Below are positions 29,632 to 38,168 of a stretch of 64,000 nt of DNA, one piece after another. The DNA is taken from NCBI GenBank assembly GCA_947476405.1, contig CANJQG010000007.1, positions 447 through 64,446 on the forward strand, in the 5' to 3' direction. A program made the position numbers and the translations under genes. Position 1 is the stretch's first letter. The number at the start of each line of letters is the position of its first letter. The DNA is from Thiotrichales bacterium. GTDB lineage: Bacteria; Pseudomonadota; Gammaproteobacteria; Francisellales; CACEW01. The notes beneath the pieces were generated by a model. The model saw only the letters and a program-made list of their open reading frames with translations. It did not search any database and was not told the DNA's origin.

Positions 29632-30072
29632 ATGATCATGACAATAGCAGCAGCAAACACTAAGCCAGGGGCCAACCCCAGCCTTAAAGCGCCCCAGGTA
29701 TCCAAAGCAAAAATATTCGGCCTGAAGCAATGGGCAATGCTCAAATACTCTTTCTCAATTGAACGTGCCTTGATTCATATGATCACCGCAGCGGTATTAT
29801 TCGGCTTGGCTTTATTTGTAAAAAACAGTCATGCAGTGGCAGGTGAAGGCTATATTTACGCGTGGTTGCTTTTTGCAGCCGCAGGAGTGCAGGCCTTCAG
29901 GGCTTGCCTTCACAGCATGACCCCCGTGGTGATTTTATTTCTGATTGGCTTTGGGGGTCAGTACCTTTTGCAAAGTCATGTTGACATTCATCTTACGAAG
30001 GAATATTTGCAGACTATTGCGGGCGCTGGGGTAATTGGTCTTGTAGTTTGCTGCTACTACAGATTAAGATAG
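29632..30072 (+). CDS. small polytopic membrane protein (about 147 aa), unknown function
   Basis: About four hydrophobic segments. The ATG at 29632 is preceded by AAGGA. The ORF-track start 29545 overlaps ardA and is unlikely. Confidence 0.6.
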   Translation: MIMTIAAANTKPGANPSLKAPQVSKAKIFGLKQWAMLKYSFSIERALIHMITAAVLFGLALFVKNSHAVAGEGYIYAWLLFAAAGVQAFRACLHSMTPVVILFLIGFGGQYLLQSHVDIHLTKEYLQTIAGAGVIGLVVCCYYRLR

Positions 30073-30097
30073 AGGCTTATTCCAGAATCAGAACTCT

Positions 30098-30673
30098 ATG
30101 AACGCAGAAAACAAAAAAGGCAAAAAAATCGGGCGACTGTTTTTAAAGGCAGTCGTCATTTTGTTTCTGTTGATTCTGCTTGTCATCGCCTTGCTGGATA
30201 TTTTTTCTGTGGCCGTGATATCGCTCGGCTATTATTTCAATTGGTCGTCATCAATGCCCATCGGTTTATACAAGGTGAGCGCGCCAACCAGTTTAAACCG
30301 TGGTGATGATGTCGTGGTCTGCTTGCCGCAATCAGTGGGAAGCATCGGCCTAAAGCGCGGATATTTAAACCCTGGCAGCTGTCCAGGTGGATACAGCCCC
30401 ATTATCAAAGAGCTCGCTGCCATGCCTGGCGATAACGTCACACTGACGCCTCAATTAATTGTGGTGAATGGTCAGGTTTATGATGCGCCTCTACACAAGC
30501 AAGACACAGACGGGCTACCTCTTGAGAGTGTACCCAGAGGCATCAACTCTCAAACGCCGGATTATTGGCTTTACGGCAAGGGTAGCCCTTCTGATTCTTG
30601 GGACTCACGCTATTGGGGAGGGGTAGGCCGAAGCAGCATTATTAAAAAGGCTGCTCCGGTACTGACCTATTAG
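30098..30673 (+). CDS. traF: conjugative transfer signal peptidase TraF (S26 family, pilin-maturation type)
   Basis: SSSMPIGLY, GDDVVVCLP, RGYLNPGSCPGGYSPIIKELAAMPGDNV and SWDSRYWG match the RP4/Ti TraF pattern. Confidence 0.85.
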   Translation: MNAENKKGKKIGRLFLKAVVILFLLILLVIALLDIFSVAVISLGYYFNWSSSMPIGLYKVSAPTSLNRGDDVVVCLPQSVGSIGLKRGYLNPGSCPGGYSPIIKELAAMPGDNVTLTPQLIVVNGQVYDAPLHKQDTDGLPLESVPRGINSQTPDYWLYGKGSPSDSWDSRYWGGVGRSSIIKKAAPVLTY

Positions 30674-30888
30674 GTTTTTAAAAACGCATTGATTCCCTTG
30701 GATTGAAAAAGCATCCGAGAGCCAGGCTCTCTCGCTAATTCCTCAACAATGGAAATCAGCGCCCCTAATATCACATCTTTTGATTCACGATGTAGGCCTG
30801 ATTTAATAATCAAGCCTCCATACTTAATCTTGAGGTGAGTTTTTGCGCGCTCCTGTTCATCACGTACCTTGCTATACTCTTTTTCCAT
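30670..30888 (-). CDS. traD: TraD-like small conjugal transfer protein (Ti-plasmid type)
   Basis: 72 aa. KIKYGGLIIKSGL....VILGALISI resembles the Ti/Rhizobium TraD core (K-I-x-LGGL-V-KAGL....LLGAL). This comparison is from memory. Confidence 0.55.
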   Translation of the reverse strand: MEKEYSKVRDEQERAKTHLKIKYGGLIIKSGLHRESKDVILGALISIVEELAREPGSRMLFQSKGINAFLKT

Positions 30889-31168
30889 TTTTGACAGCCT
30901 CCTTTTTAACAGTTTCAGGCTGTCCAGCTTCAGGACTTTTAGGCGGCCTCACAGAGATTTTTAGAAATTGCTCTCTTAAAAATCCAGTGTCATGGTCGCC
31001 GAGGTTGCATTCAAGGCAAAGTTTGCCGAGCTCATGAATCCGTTTTTTGACGGCTTGCTCATAAGCTTGGGCTGCGTGTTCAAGCGCGGCTTTGCGTTTT
31101 TGCATGATGAGGTGAGCATAAGAGGTTTTATTCTCTTCGCTGGTTTGGGTGTCGATTTTATCGGACAT
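30872..31168 (-). CDS. traC: TraC-like relaxosome accessory protein (Ti-plasmid type)
   Basis: First gene divergent from traA across the oriT region, as in Ti plasmids. HELGKLCLECNLGD..FLREQF resembles the TraC pattern. The ATG at 31168 has GGAG 9 nt upstream. The ORF track start is 31216. Confidence 0.45.
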   Translation of the reverse strand: MSDKIDTQTSEENKTSYAHLIMQKRKAALEHAAQAYEQAVKKRIHELGKLCLECNLGDHDTGFLREQFLKISVRPPKSPEAGQPETVKKEAVKNGKRV

Positions 31169-31433
31169 AGTGATTATCTCCATCTTGTTTATACCAAGAT
31201 AGAGGAACGTGTGCATTTTGGACTATACCACATTTAGTGGGTAAAAGTCAAATTTTCCTGAACGGTTTTCAGCAACGGATTTTAAACTAAATTTCAACAT
31301 CAGGTGGGCTTTTAAAAAGTGCCATTTTTGAGGAATTGCAAAATCAAGCAATGACGAGACTTACAAGCCTATTTACCCCCATTTGTAACAAAATAAGGAT
31401 GCTTTTTTAAAAACCCCCTTGAACCTCTGCGAA

Positions 31434-31507
31434 AGGCGACTTTGCTCGCCTGTAGCTAAACTCACCCTCGCCTGGCAGGGTGCGCAATATACATTGCTTT
31501 CGAATGT
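31434..31507 (-). other. candidate oriT (MOBQ/Ti-like nick core plus inverted repeats)
   Basis: The minus strand reads ACATT-CGAAAGC-AATGT-ATATTGCG-CACCCT (31507-31477), resembling RSF1010 GTAAGTGCG/CCCT and Ti TATAATTGCG/CCCT cores (recalled from memory). Inverted repeats are AGGCGA..TCGCCT (31434-31451) and CACCCTcGCCtGGCAGGGTG (31463-31482). It lies between divergent traC and traA. Confidence 0.5.
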
Positions 31508-31565
31508 GCTACATTTGCCATCCCGACTAAGTTTTTAATTAATTTTTTAAGCAAAGGAAGGTTGC

Positions 31566-34500
31566 ATGGCTATCGAGTTTGCTAGATGTGTAGTGTATTC
31601 CCGTTCGCAAGGCAAAAATGCCGTGCAAGCGGCTGCCTACCGTTCAGCATCTATCCTCTTCGATGATCGTACAGGGATGACTTTCGATTATCGCGATAAG
31701 CCGAATGTTGCCCACTCAGAGATCCTGCTTCCCGCTGGTGCAGATGCCGCATTTGCCGATCGTCAATTTCTCTGGAATGAAGTAGAGCGGGTTGAGATCC
31801 GTCGTGATGCTCAGGTTGCGAAGGATTATATTTTGGCCCTTCCCAAGGAATTGACCCTTGAGCAGAACATTGCGCTAGCCCGCCAATTCGCGCACGATCA
31901 CTTTGTCAGTAAAGGCATTCCCGTCGATCTCAATATTCACGTTGAAGACGGTAATATCCATGCGCACCTGCTGACCACCACCCGTCGCTTAGTCGGCAAG
32001 CATTTTTCGCTGAAAGCACGGGATCTCAATCCAGAATTCAATCAAGGGATCGTTGTTAAAAAAGACCCTTGGGGCGGCAAGTGGCGGGATGCTCAGGATA
32101 AGTTTTTTAAAGACAATGGGATTGATTTGGAAGTTGACCCAAACCACCTAATCCCCACACGCCATCGCGGCAGACCGCAGAATGACGATCGTGCGGAATA
32201 CCTGGATCAAGACAATCAGATGCGCCACGAAATGGAGAGGGAAATTGCCCTCAATGCACCCGCATCGCTTTTGAATATCATGAGTGAGCGCTATTCAGTA
32301 TTCAGCGATCGCGATTTGGCCTGCGTCGTCAATAAAGCCACGAATACCCCTGAAGAATTTGAGCTGGCAATATTGAGGGTCAAAGCCCATCCAGACCTCA
32401 TCACCCTTGGCCCTGGTGATGATGGACGCCTGCGCTATGCCACCCGTCAGTACATCAAAATGGAATGGACGATGGAAGAGCAGGCAGTGAAACTCAGTAA
32501 GGCCGAGCACCACATGGTGGCCTCCTGGAGATTGAAGGAGCAAATCGAAAAATACGATCTCAATAAAGGCCAGCAAGCCGCCCTCGAACATATCCTGATG
32601 GGTGGTGATATCGCTTTGGTGGTCGGTAAAGCTGGAACAGGCAAATCTTACATGATGAACGCCGCGCGTGAAGTGTGGGAGGCTGAAGGCTATCGCGTTA
32701 TAGGCGTTGCCGTTGCAGGGATTGCATCGGAAAGTTTAGAGTCCGGCTCAAATATTAAGAGCTCCACCATCGCCTCATTCAAGTACAAACTGGAAAAGGG
32801 AAAGCTCACCCTGGGTGAAAAAGATGTGATTGTTCTGGATGAAGCAGGGATGGCAGACAGTCGCGATCTCTCCAGGATTGTTGATCAGGTGCGCGCGGCA
32901 GGAGCGAAGCTCATTCTGGTCGGTGACCCCAGCCAAGTGCAAGCGGTTGGCCCAGGCGCACCATTCAGAGCCTTACTCGAAAGATTAGGCTTTGCGGAGC
33001 TGACCGAAATCAAACGCCAAAGATCCCTCGACGATCGACTTGCCACCACAATGCTCTCAATGGGTAAGGTTGGCGTTGCACTGGATAATTATGCCCATAA
33101 AGGTCAAGTCTTCTTGAGTGAAACCGAAGCCGCTAATCTGGATATGCTGATGAGTAAGTGGGGTCAACACATCACTGCCCGTGGCATTGGTGTCATGAAT
33201 GAAACCATTATTCTGGCCCACCGCAACGAAGACATTACCATCCTGAATCAACGCGCCCGCCAACAGCTCATCGAGGCAGGTATTTTAAAAGGAAAAGCCC
33301 ATGCCTTTGAAGTCAAAGATAATCGCGAAGGTCAGAAAGATAAGACCAAGCAAATCGAGTTGATGGTCGGTGAGCGGATTCTGTTTTTAGAAAATAGCTG
33401 GAAGCTGAATGTGAAGAATGGCCACTTTGCAACGATCACTGAAATAAAAGGCACTCAAATCACCGCAGTGATTGGCGAAGGTAAGAAAGCCAGAACAGTA
33501 AAATTTGATGGCAAAGAATATCAAAACTTTGACTATGGCTATGCGGCCACCGTTCATAAAAACCAGGGTGTCACCGTTGATACATCCTTCCTCTTCGTTG
33601 GTGGAAAATATTGGAGTCGCAATTTGATTTATGTGGCACTGACCCGTCACCGCGATTATGCCTATATCTTTGCGGATAAAGTCACCCATACCAATTTTGA
33701 AACCCTTAAGAAAAATCTGAGTCGCCTATCCATCAAAGATACGGTCATCGACTTCCCTCTAAATTACGCCATCCGCAGAGGCCTTGATCCAGATAAGGTC
33801 ATGGGTCAATGCCTGAATGCAATGAATCTCGCCAGGGGAAAAATTAAAGACACCTGGAGTTTCTTGGCTGATGTTGAAGCCTATAACGAAAAATTGGATC
33901 GTGTTAAAAAAGATGAGCTCAAAACCACTCGCCGTCAGGATGCGGTTGCAGTGGCGGTTTATGCTGATTTGAAACGTGGTGTAGGCACAGGCTGGTCGGA
34001 GATGAAGCGCAGCGCCATCCCAGGCAAAGATTTTAGCGAACACGCCGAATACGGCAAAAACTATGACCTGATGATCGCACGGAATAAGCAGGCGCATTTG
34101 CTCTATAACGAAGCCCACAAATATGAATTAGCGATGGAGCTCAACAATGTCAGCTTGGATGAACTGAAACGTTACAGCGCATCGCATGAAGCCAGAGAAC
34201 GGGTGCTACGCTATGAAGAGTTGGCTAAAAAAGGCCATAATCTCGATGCAGGTAAAGTCGCTGAAGAAATTAGGGCAGATGGCAGGTTACACGGCCAATT
34301 CATTCGGGAGCGTGGCCTAAGTTGGGATACGATCAACGCCCTGGGTAAACGTTATGCCACACTGACCCTTTTGCACTCCCTTGATCCAGTTGAACGCAAC
34401 AGACACCGCGAAGTCATGGAGTATCAGGGCAAAGGTAGAGCTTGCGTACAAGCGTTCAAGCATAAAAACCCTGATCCAGCCCTGGCATTGTTCGCTACCA

Positions 34501-37343
34501 GTGACCGCAATGCTGATGTGAAGGCGTTGAGAGTCCATCTTGCTCTGAGTGATTTAGACAAAGCCGCGCATCACTTATTCACGCATCAAGCTGAATATGC
34601 CAAAGCAATTGAGCAATTTAAAATCCCGCTGGATAAATTAGAGCGCGAAGCCAAACGTCATGAACACCGCCAAAGAGTGCTCGCATTCCTGAAAGCAGAA
34701 AAAGCAGGTCATATTCTCCTGAAAGAAAATATCGCCTTCAACATCAAGAAAGACCTGGCTGCCAACAAAAAAAGTTATGGCTCTGTGATCCGCGAGCTTG
34801 AATTTAAAGGCATGGAGTGGAAGAAAATTCATTTAGGTGCATGGGCTCATGATGAAAGGAGAAAACCGCTTCTTCATCCTGACCAAAAAGCGGCAGTCAA
34901 AGCGTATGCCGAATATCGTGCTGCGAATCGTGCAATCGGCAGAGCTGTACAAAGGAATAAAGACCTTATTAACGTGCGTACAGTGCCGTACACAATTGCG
35001 CTTCAAGCACCAAGTTTATTAACGCCAGAATGCCTCACCTTAATGCGTATCAACTTAATACAAAATGAGAAAAAATACGCAGCGCTTAAAAAGGCAGATA
35101 AGGTACGACGCAATAAAAAATACATGGTCATCAAGGGCGCAGTTTCAAACCGTGATGCAGCGGCTTATCGTCTATGGGATGAGATGATCGGTTTAGATGA
35201 ACGCTCTCTCAAGAAACTGGATATTGCACGCCTGAAAAAAGAAAGTGACACGCATACCAAACGTGAGGAAGTGAAAGCCTATGCTAAAGCTTGGCAGCCC
35301 CAATCCTTAAAAACCCAATTAGCTGCGAAAAAACTTCTCAATAACCCTGATTATGAAAAGCTGGTCAAAGAGCAGCGCCTACACTTCCGCATTGAGCCAG
35401 CGGTCAAAAACCTTGATAAACGCAAGGCACTTGCAGCACTCACACCAGAAAACCGTACGTTCTACAAAGAAGCCGAACACTATCGCAATTTAACTGCACA
35501 ATCAGCTAAAGCCTGGAAGCGTGCCTATGCTGCTACGAAGAGCAGTCAGGCAATTAGTGCCCTGGCTGTTAATACCAATATTGCCAAAGCCTTCGCTGAG
35601 CAAAAAAGCGAACTCGCCTTCAAAATTTATCAGAATTTTGAGCAATACAAGCCACATCTGGCGGCATTGGGTATTGATGAAGGTAAGCTGCAAAAAACAG
35701 CGCGTGATTATGGGGTCAAACAAACGTACGTAAATAAAGTACACGATTTACGCTCCAAAATAATGGGCGAAAATATCGAAGCTAAAAAAGAGACCTATAA
35801 CGCAGATCGTATTGGCGAGGCATTGATCAATATGGGTGAAAACTTCTATCAACAAGTGTTGGGAGATATCTACAGCAAGCCTAAACATAGCGGGCATAAT
35901 ATTCGAGTAGGCAAAAAAGGCTCCTTCTCAATTAATGTCAGTGGCCCACATGCAGGATCTTGGAAATCCTTTGAGTCTGGTGAAGGCGGTTACCCCATTC
36001 AGCTACTGATGAATGCCAATTATGGCTATGGCTTATCGTATGTGGATGCACTGGAAGCAGGAGCCAGAATTGCAGGGCTATCCGATTCACAGGCAAAAGA
36101 TATCACTTATATTCGCAAGCAAAAATCGGCTGAAGAGATTGAAGCTGAAGCGCGTACCCTTGCCTCAGAAAAACAACAGAGGATCGAAAATGCCCGCTAC
36201 TATTTCAAAACATCTCAACCCATTGCAGGCACTATTGCAGAGCGTTACCTGCGCGAAACACGCCATATCGAAGGTGATCTGTCAGGCTTTAGATTCCATC
36301 CGCGTGTAAAAGACCCGCAGAGCAAAGCTTATTATCCCGCTGCCTTAATCGCCGCTAAAAATGAGCAAGGCCATATCACGGCTACCCAAACTATTTTGAT
36401 TGATCCAGCTACCGCCAAAAAAGTAGATAAAGCTGAAGTCGATGTGCCAAAACGCACAAGAGGAGTGATCTCAGGCTCAGTGGCATTGATTCATAAAGGT
36501 GAGAGCAACAAAGTCATTATTGCTGAAGGGCCAGAAACCGCAGCATCTTTGATTAAAGCATTCCCTGATGCGAATATTTATGTGACGGTAGGGAATATTA
36601 GAAATGCTGAGCATTTAGCCTGGGTCGCCAAGAAGCATAGCACAGACACTTTCTATTTTGCAGCCGATAACGACGGAGAAAATCAGCGTCCAACCGAAGC
36701 ACTGAAAAAGGCAGCACAAAAGTTAGAGTCAGAGGGTATCAAGTGCTATAAAGCAACACCAAATCTCAGAGCCGTTGAGAAGCCAGATTATAACGACGTC
36801 CTGATTCATCAAGGTGTGGATGGTGTAAAACGTCAGATGAGCACCATGCGCCGAGTTCTCAACGAATCTGAGAAAATCAGCTTTGGCCTGACCCCGGTTA
36901 AAGCACAAGAAATCAAGCCAGAAAATAAACCTGTATTTTGGGTGTCTGGCGATAAGATTAGCTTGAGTGCGCCAGTACTCAAACAAGTCGAAGAATATGC
37001 AGCATTGAAAGAGCTGGAAAAAACCAAACGGCATGAGCTCAATAATCTGGTGATGGACAAAGGTAATCGGGCTGCGATTGATGAAGGGCATGCTCTCATC
37101 AAGACAGTCAAAGCCGATCAGTCTGTATTGCTGAGGGATCTCGCCAAACACGAAAAACTGTGGGAACAAGCGCGCTCTATGACCCCAGCAGGAGCAGGTG
37201 GCGTTAAGATCGATGCTGTTCAGATCAGGCGAAATTCTTTTGAGCCTAAAGATCTGAAGCAGCTGCATATTGAGGTACATTCGGCAGTACAGAGCCATAA
37301 GGCGAGCCTGAATCAAAATAAATCTGGAGGATGGTCTTATTAA
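31566..37343 (+). CDS. traA: conjugal transfer relaxase/helicase TraA (MobA/MobL relaxase + RecD-like helicase) with repeat-containing linker and C-terminal Toprim primase-like domain
   Basis: 1925 aa. The relaxase has catalytic Tyr context AAAYRS (aa 25) and HVEDGNIHAH (aa 125-134). The helicase has GKAGTGKS (aa 354-361), VIVLDEAGM, YAATVHKNQGVTVD and ALTRHR. The Toprim domain has IIAEGPETA (aa 1651-) and FAADNDGEN (aa 1698-). Confidence 0.92.
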   Translation: MAIEFARCVVYSRSQGKNAVQAAAYRSASILFDDRTGMTFDYRDKPNVAHSEILLPAGADAAFADRQFLWNEVERVEIRRDAQVAKDYILALPKELTLEQNIALARQFAHDHFVSKGIPVDLNIHVEDGNIHAHLLTTTRRLVGKHFSLKARDLNPEFNQGIVVKKDPWGGKWRDAQDKFFKDNGIDLEVDPNHLIPTRHRGRPQNDDRAEYLDQDNQMRHEMEREIALNAPASLLNIMSERYSVFSDRDLACVVNKATNTPEEFELAILRVKAHPDLITLGPGDDGRLRYATRQYIKMEWTMEEQAVKLSKAEHHMVASWRLKEQIEKYDLNKGQQAALEHILMGGDIALVVGKAGTGKSYMMNAAREVWEAEGYRVIGVAVAGIASESLESGSNIKSSTIASFKYKLEKGKLTLGEKDVIVLDEAGMADSRDLSRIVDQVRAAGAKLILVGDPSQVQAVGPGAPFRALLERLGFAELTEIKRQRSLDDRLATTMLSMGKVGVALDNYAHKGQVFLSETEAANLDMLMSKWGQHITARGIGVMNETIILAHRNEDITILNQRARQQLIEAGILKGKAHAFEVKDNREGQKDKTKQIELMVGERILFLENSWKLNVKNGHFATITEIKGTQITAVIGEGKKARTVKFDGKEYQNFDYGYAATVHKNQGVTVDTSFLFVGGKYWSRNLIYVALTRHRDYAYIFADKVTHTNFETLKKNLSRLSIKDTVIDFPLNYAIRRGLDPDKVMGQCLNAMNLARGKIKDTWSFLADVEAYNEKLDRVKKDELKTTRRQDAVAVAVYADLKRGVGTGWSEMKRSAIPGKDFSEHAEYGKNYDLMIARNKQAHLLYNEAHKYELAMELNNVSLDELKRYSASHEARERVLRYEELAKKGHNLDAGKVAEEIRADGRLHGQFIRERGLSWDTINALGKRYATLTLLHSLDPVERNRHREVMEYQGKGRACVQAFKHKNPDPALALFATSDRNADVKALRVHLALSDLDKAAHHLFTHQAEYAKAIEQFKIPLDKLEREAKRHEHRQRVLAFLKAEKAGHILLKENIAFNIKKDLAANKKSYGSVIRELEFKGMEWKKIHLGAWAHDERRKPLLHPDQKAAVKAYAEYRAANRAIGRAVQRNKDLINVRTVPYTIALQAPSLLTPECLTLMRINLIQNEKKYAALKKADKVRRNKKYMVIKGAVSNRDAAAYRLWDEMIGLDERSLKKLDIARLKKESDTHTKREEVKAYAKAWQPQSLKTQLAAKKLLNNPDYEKLVKEQRLHFRIEPAVKNLDKRKALAALTPENRTFYKEAEHYRNLTAQSAKAWKRAYAATKSSQAISALAVNTNIAKAFAEQKSELAFKIYQNFEQYKPHLAALGIDEGKLQKTARDYGVKQTYVNKVHDLRSKIMGENIEAKKETYNADRIGEALINMGENFYQQVLGDIYSKPKHSGHNIRVGKKGSFSINVSGPHAGSWKSFESGEGGYPIQLLMNANYGYGLSYVDALEAGARIAGLSDSQAKDITYIRKQKSAEEIEAEARTLASEKQQRIENARYYFKTSQPIAGTIAERYLRETRHIEGDLSGFRFHPRVKDPQSKAYYPAALIAAKNEQGHITATQTILIDPATAKKVDKAEVDVPKRTRGVISGSVALIHKGESNKVIIAEGPETAASLIKAFPDANIYVTVGNIRNAEHLAWVAKKHSTDTFYFAADNDGENQRPTEALKKAAQKLESEGIKCYKATPNLRAVEKPDYNDVLIHQGVDGVKRQMSTMRRVLNESEKISFGLTPVKAQEIKPENKPVFWVSGDKISLSAPVLKQVEEYAALKELEKTKRHELNNLVMDKGNRAAIDEGHALIKTVKADQSVLLRDLAKHEKLWEQARSMTPAGAGGVKIDAVQIRRNSFEPKDLKQLHIEVHSAVQSHKASLNQNKSGGWSY

Positions 37344-38168
37344 TCACCAGGGACTATCATCTTCTTCCATGCCATCTTCAGGGTCGTAGTCTTCAGCAGT
37401 CAAAATGGTCAAGACTTTACCGTATGAGCCAAGATCAATATACTCTTCTTGGATTTCGATATCTTTACTACCACCGCACCAGTCTTGAGTGGACATGGAG
37501 GCTTTGCCTTCTTTGCTTTGTGGAGATGCATCATATGTTGCTGACTCCCTTGGAATTGCATGTCCTTTTTGTGGCCAAGATAAATTTGGTATGTCTTTAA
37601 ATGCTTTAGAGGCTGAAAACCAGCAAACTTTATTGTTCTCGCTTAAAATAATTGCAGCTGGTATATCTGTGAGTTTAACATAGCGTAGGGCGGTAGATAT
37701 TAAGGATGTTTCAAAGCTATTGCTCAATGATTTTATTGCGGACATGCCTTCTGTTTTTTGCTTTTTTATCTGTGCTTTAAATAGGTTTTTTGGCATTAAT
37801 AAGTTTGCTGCAAACTCGTCAGCTTCTCGTTCATATGGATCATGAGAAAGATGCTCTCCTTTTGATTGATGATGCGTACTATTTTCAAGCAAATATTCAG
37901 GGTGTCCAGCTAGGCAGTAGTGTCCTAGCTCGTGAGCCACAGTAAAGCGCTTGAAGCGATCATTGTCAATCGCATTCGAGTATAGAATAATGAATTTGTC
38001 CCCCAGTTTATAAAATTGGCCAAAACAATTTTCTAAGGGTGCAGCTTCTACTATGATACCTTTTTTACTTGCAATCAAAAGTGGATCAACTGGTGCTTCT
38101 GTGATTTCGTATTCTATTAAAACTTGATTTGCAGCAGATTCTGCCTTGATTAGATTTGGCTTATTCAT
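37344..38168 (-). CDS. ImmA/IrrE-family metallopeptidase (COG2856-type)
   Basis: HEXXH appears in FTVAHELGHYCLAGH, followed by EREADEFAANLLMP. The start ATG at 38168 overlaps the XRE gene stop by 8 nt (ATGAATAA). The ORF track start is 38198. Confidence 0.8.
   Translation of the reverse strand: MNKPNLIKAESAANQVLIEYEITEAPVDPLLIASKKGIIVEAAPLENCFGQFYKLGDKFIILYSNAIDNDRFKRFTVAHELGHYCLAGHPEYLLENSTHHQSKGEHLSHDPYEREADEFAANLLMPKNLFKAQIKKQKTEGMSAIKSLSNSFETSLISTALRYVKLTDIPAAIILSENNKVCWFSASKAFKDIPNLSWPQKGHAIPRESATYDASPQSKEGKASMSTQDWCGGSKDIEIQEEYIDLGSYGKVLTILTAEDYDPEDGMEEDDSPW

Noticed and set aside
36729-37316. 195-aa ORF antisense to the 3' part of traA, and other antisense ORFs inside traA (33387-33689, 33759-34118, etc.)
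   Set aside because: They are entirely nested opposite a CDS with strong domain evidence, have no SD or start context, and have low-complexity or odd composition. They are typical shadow ORFs.
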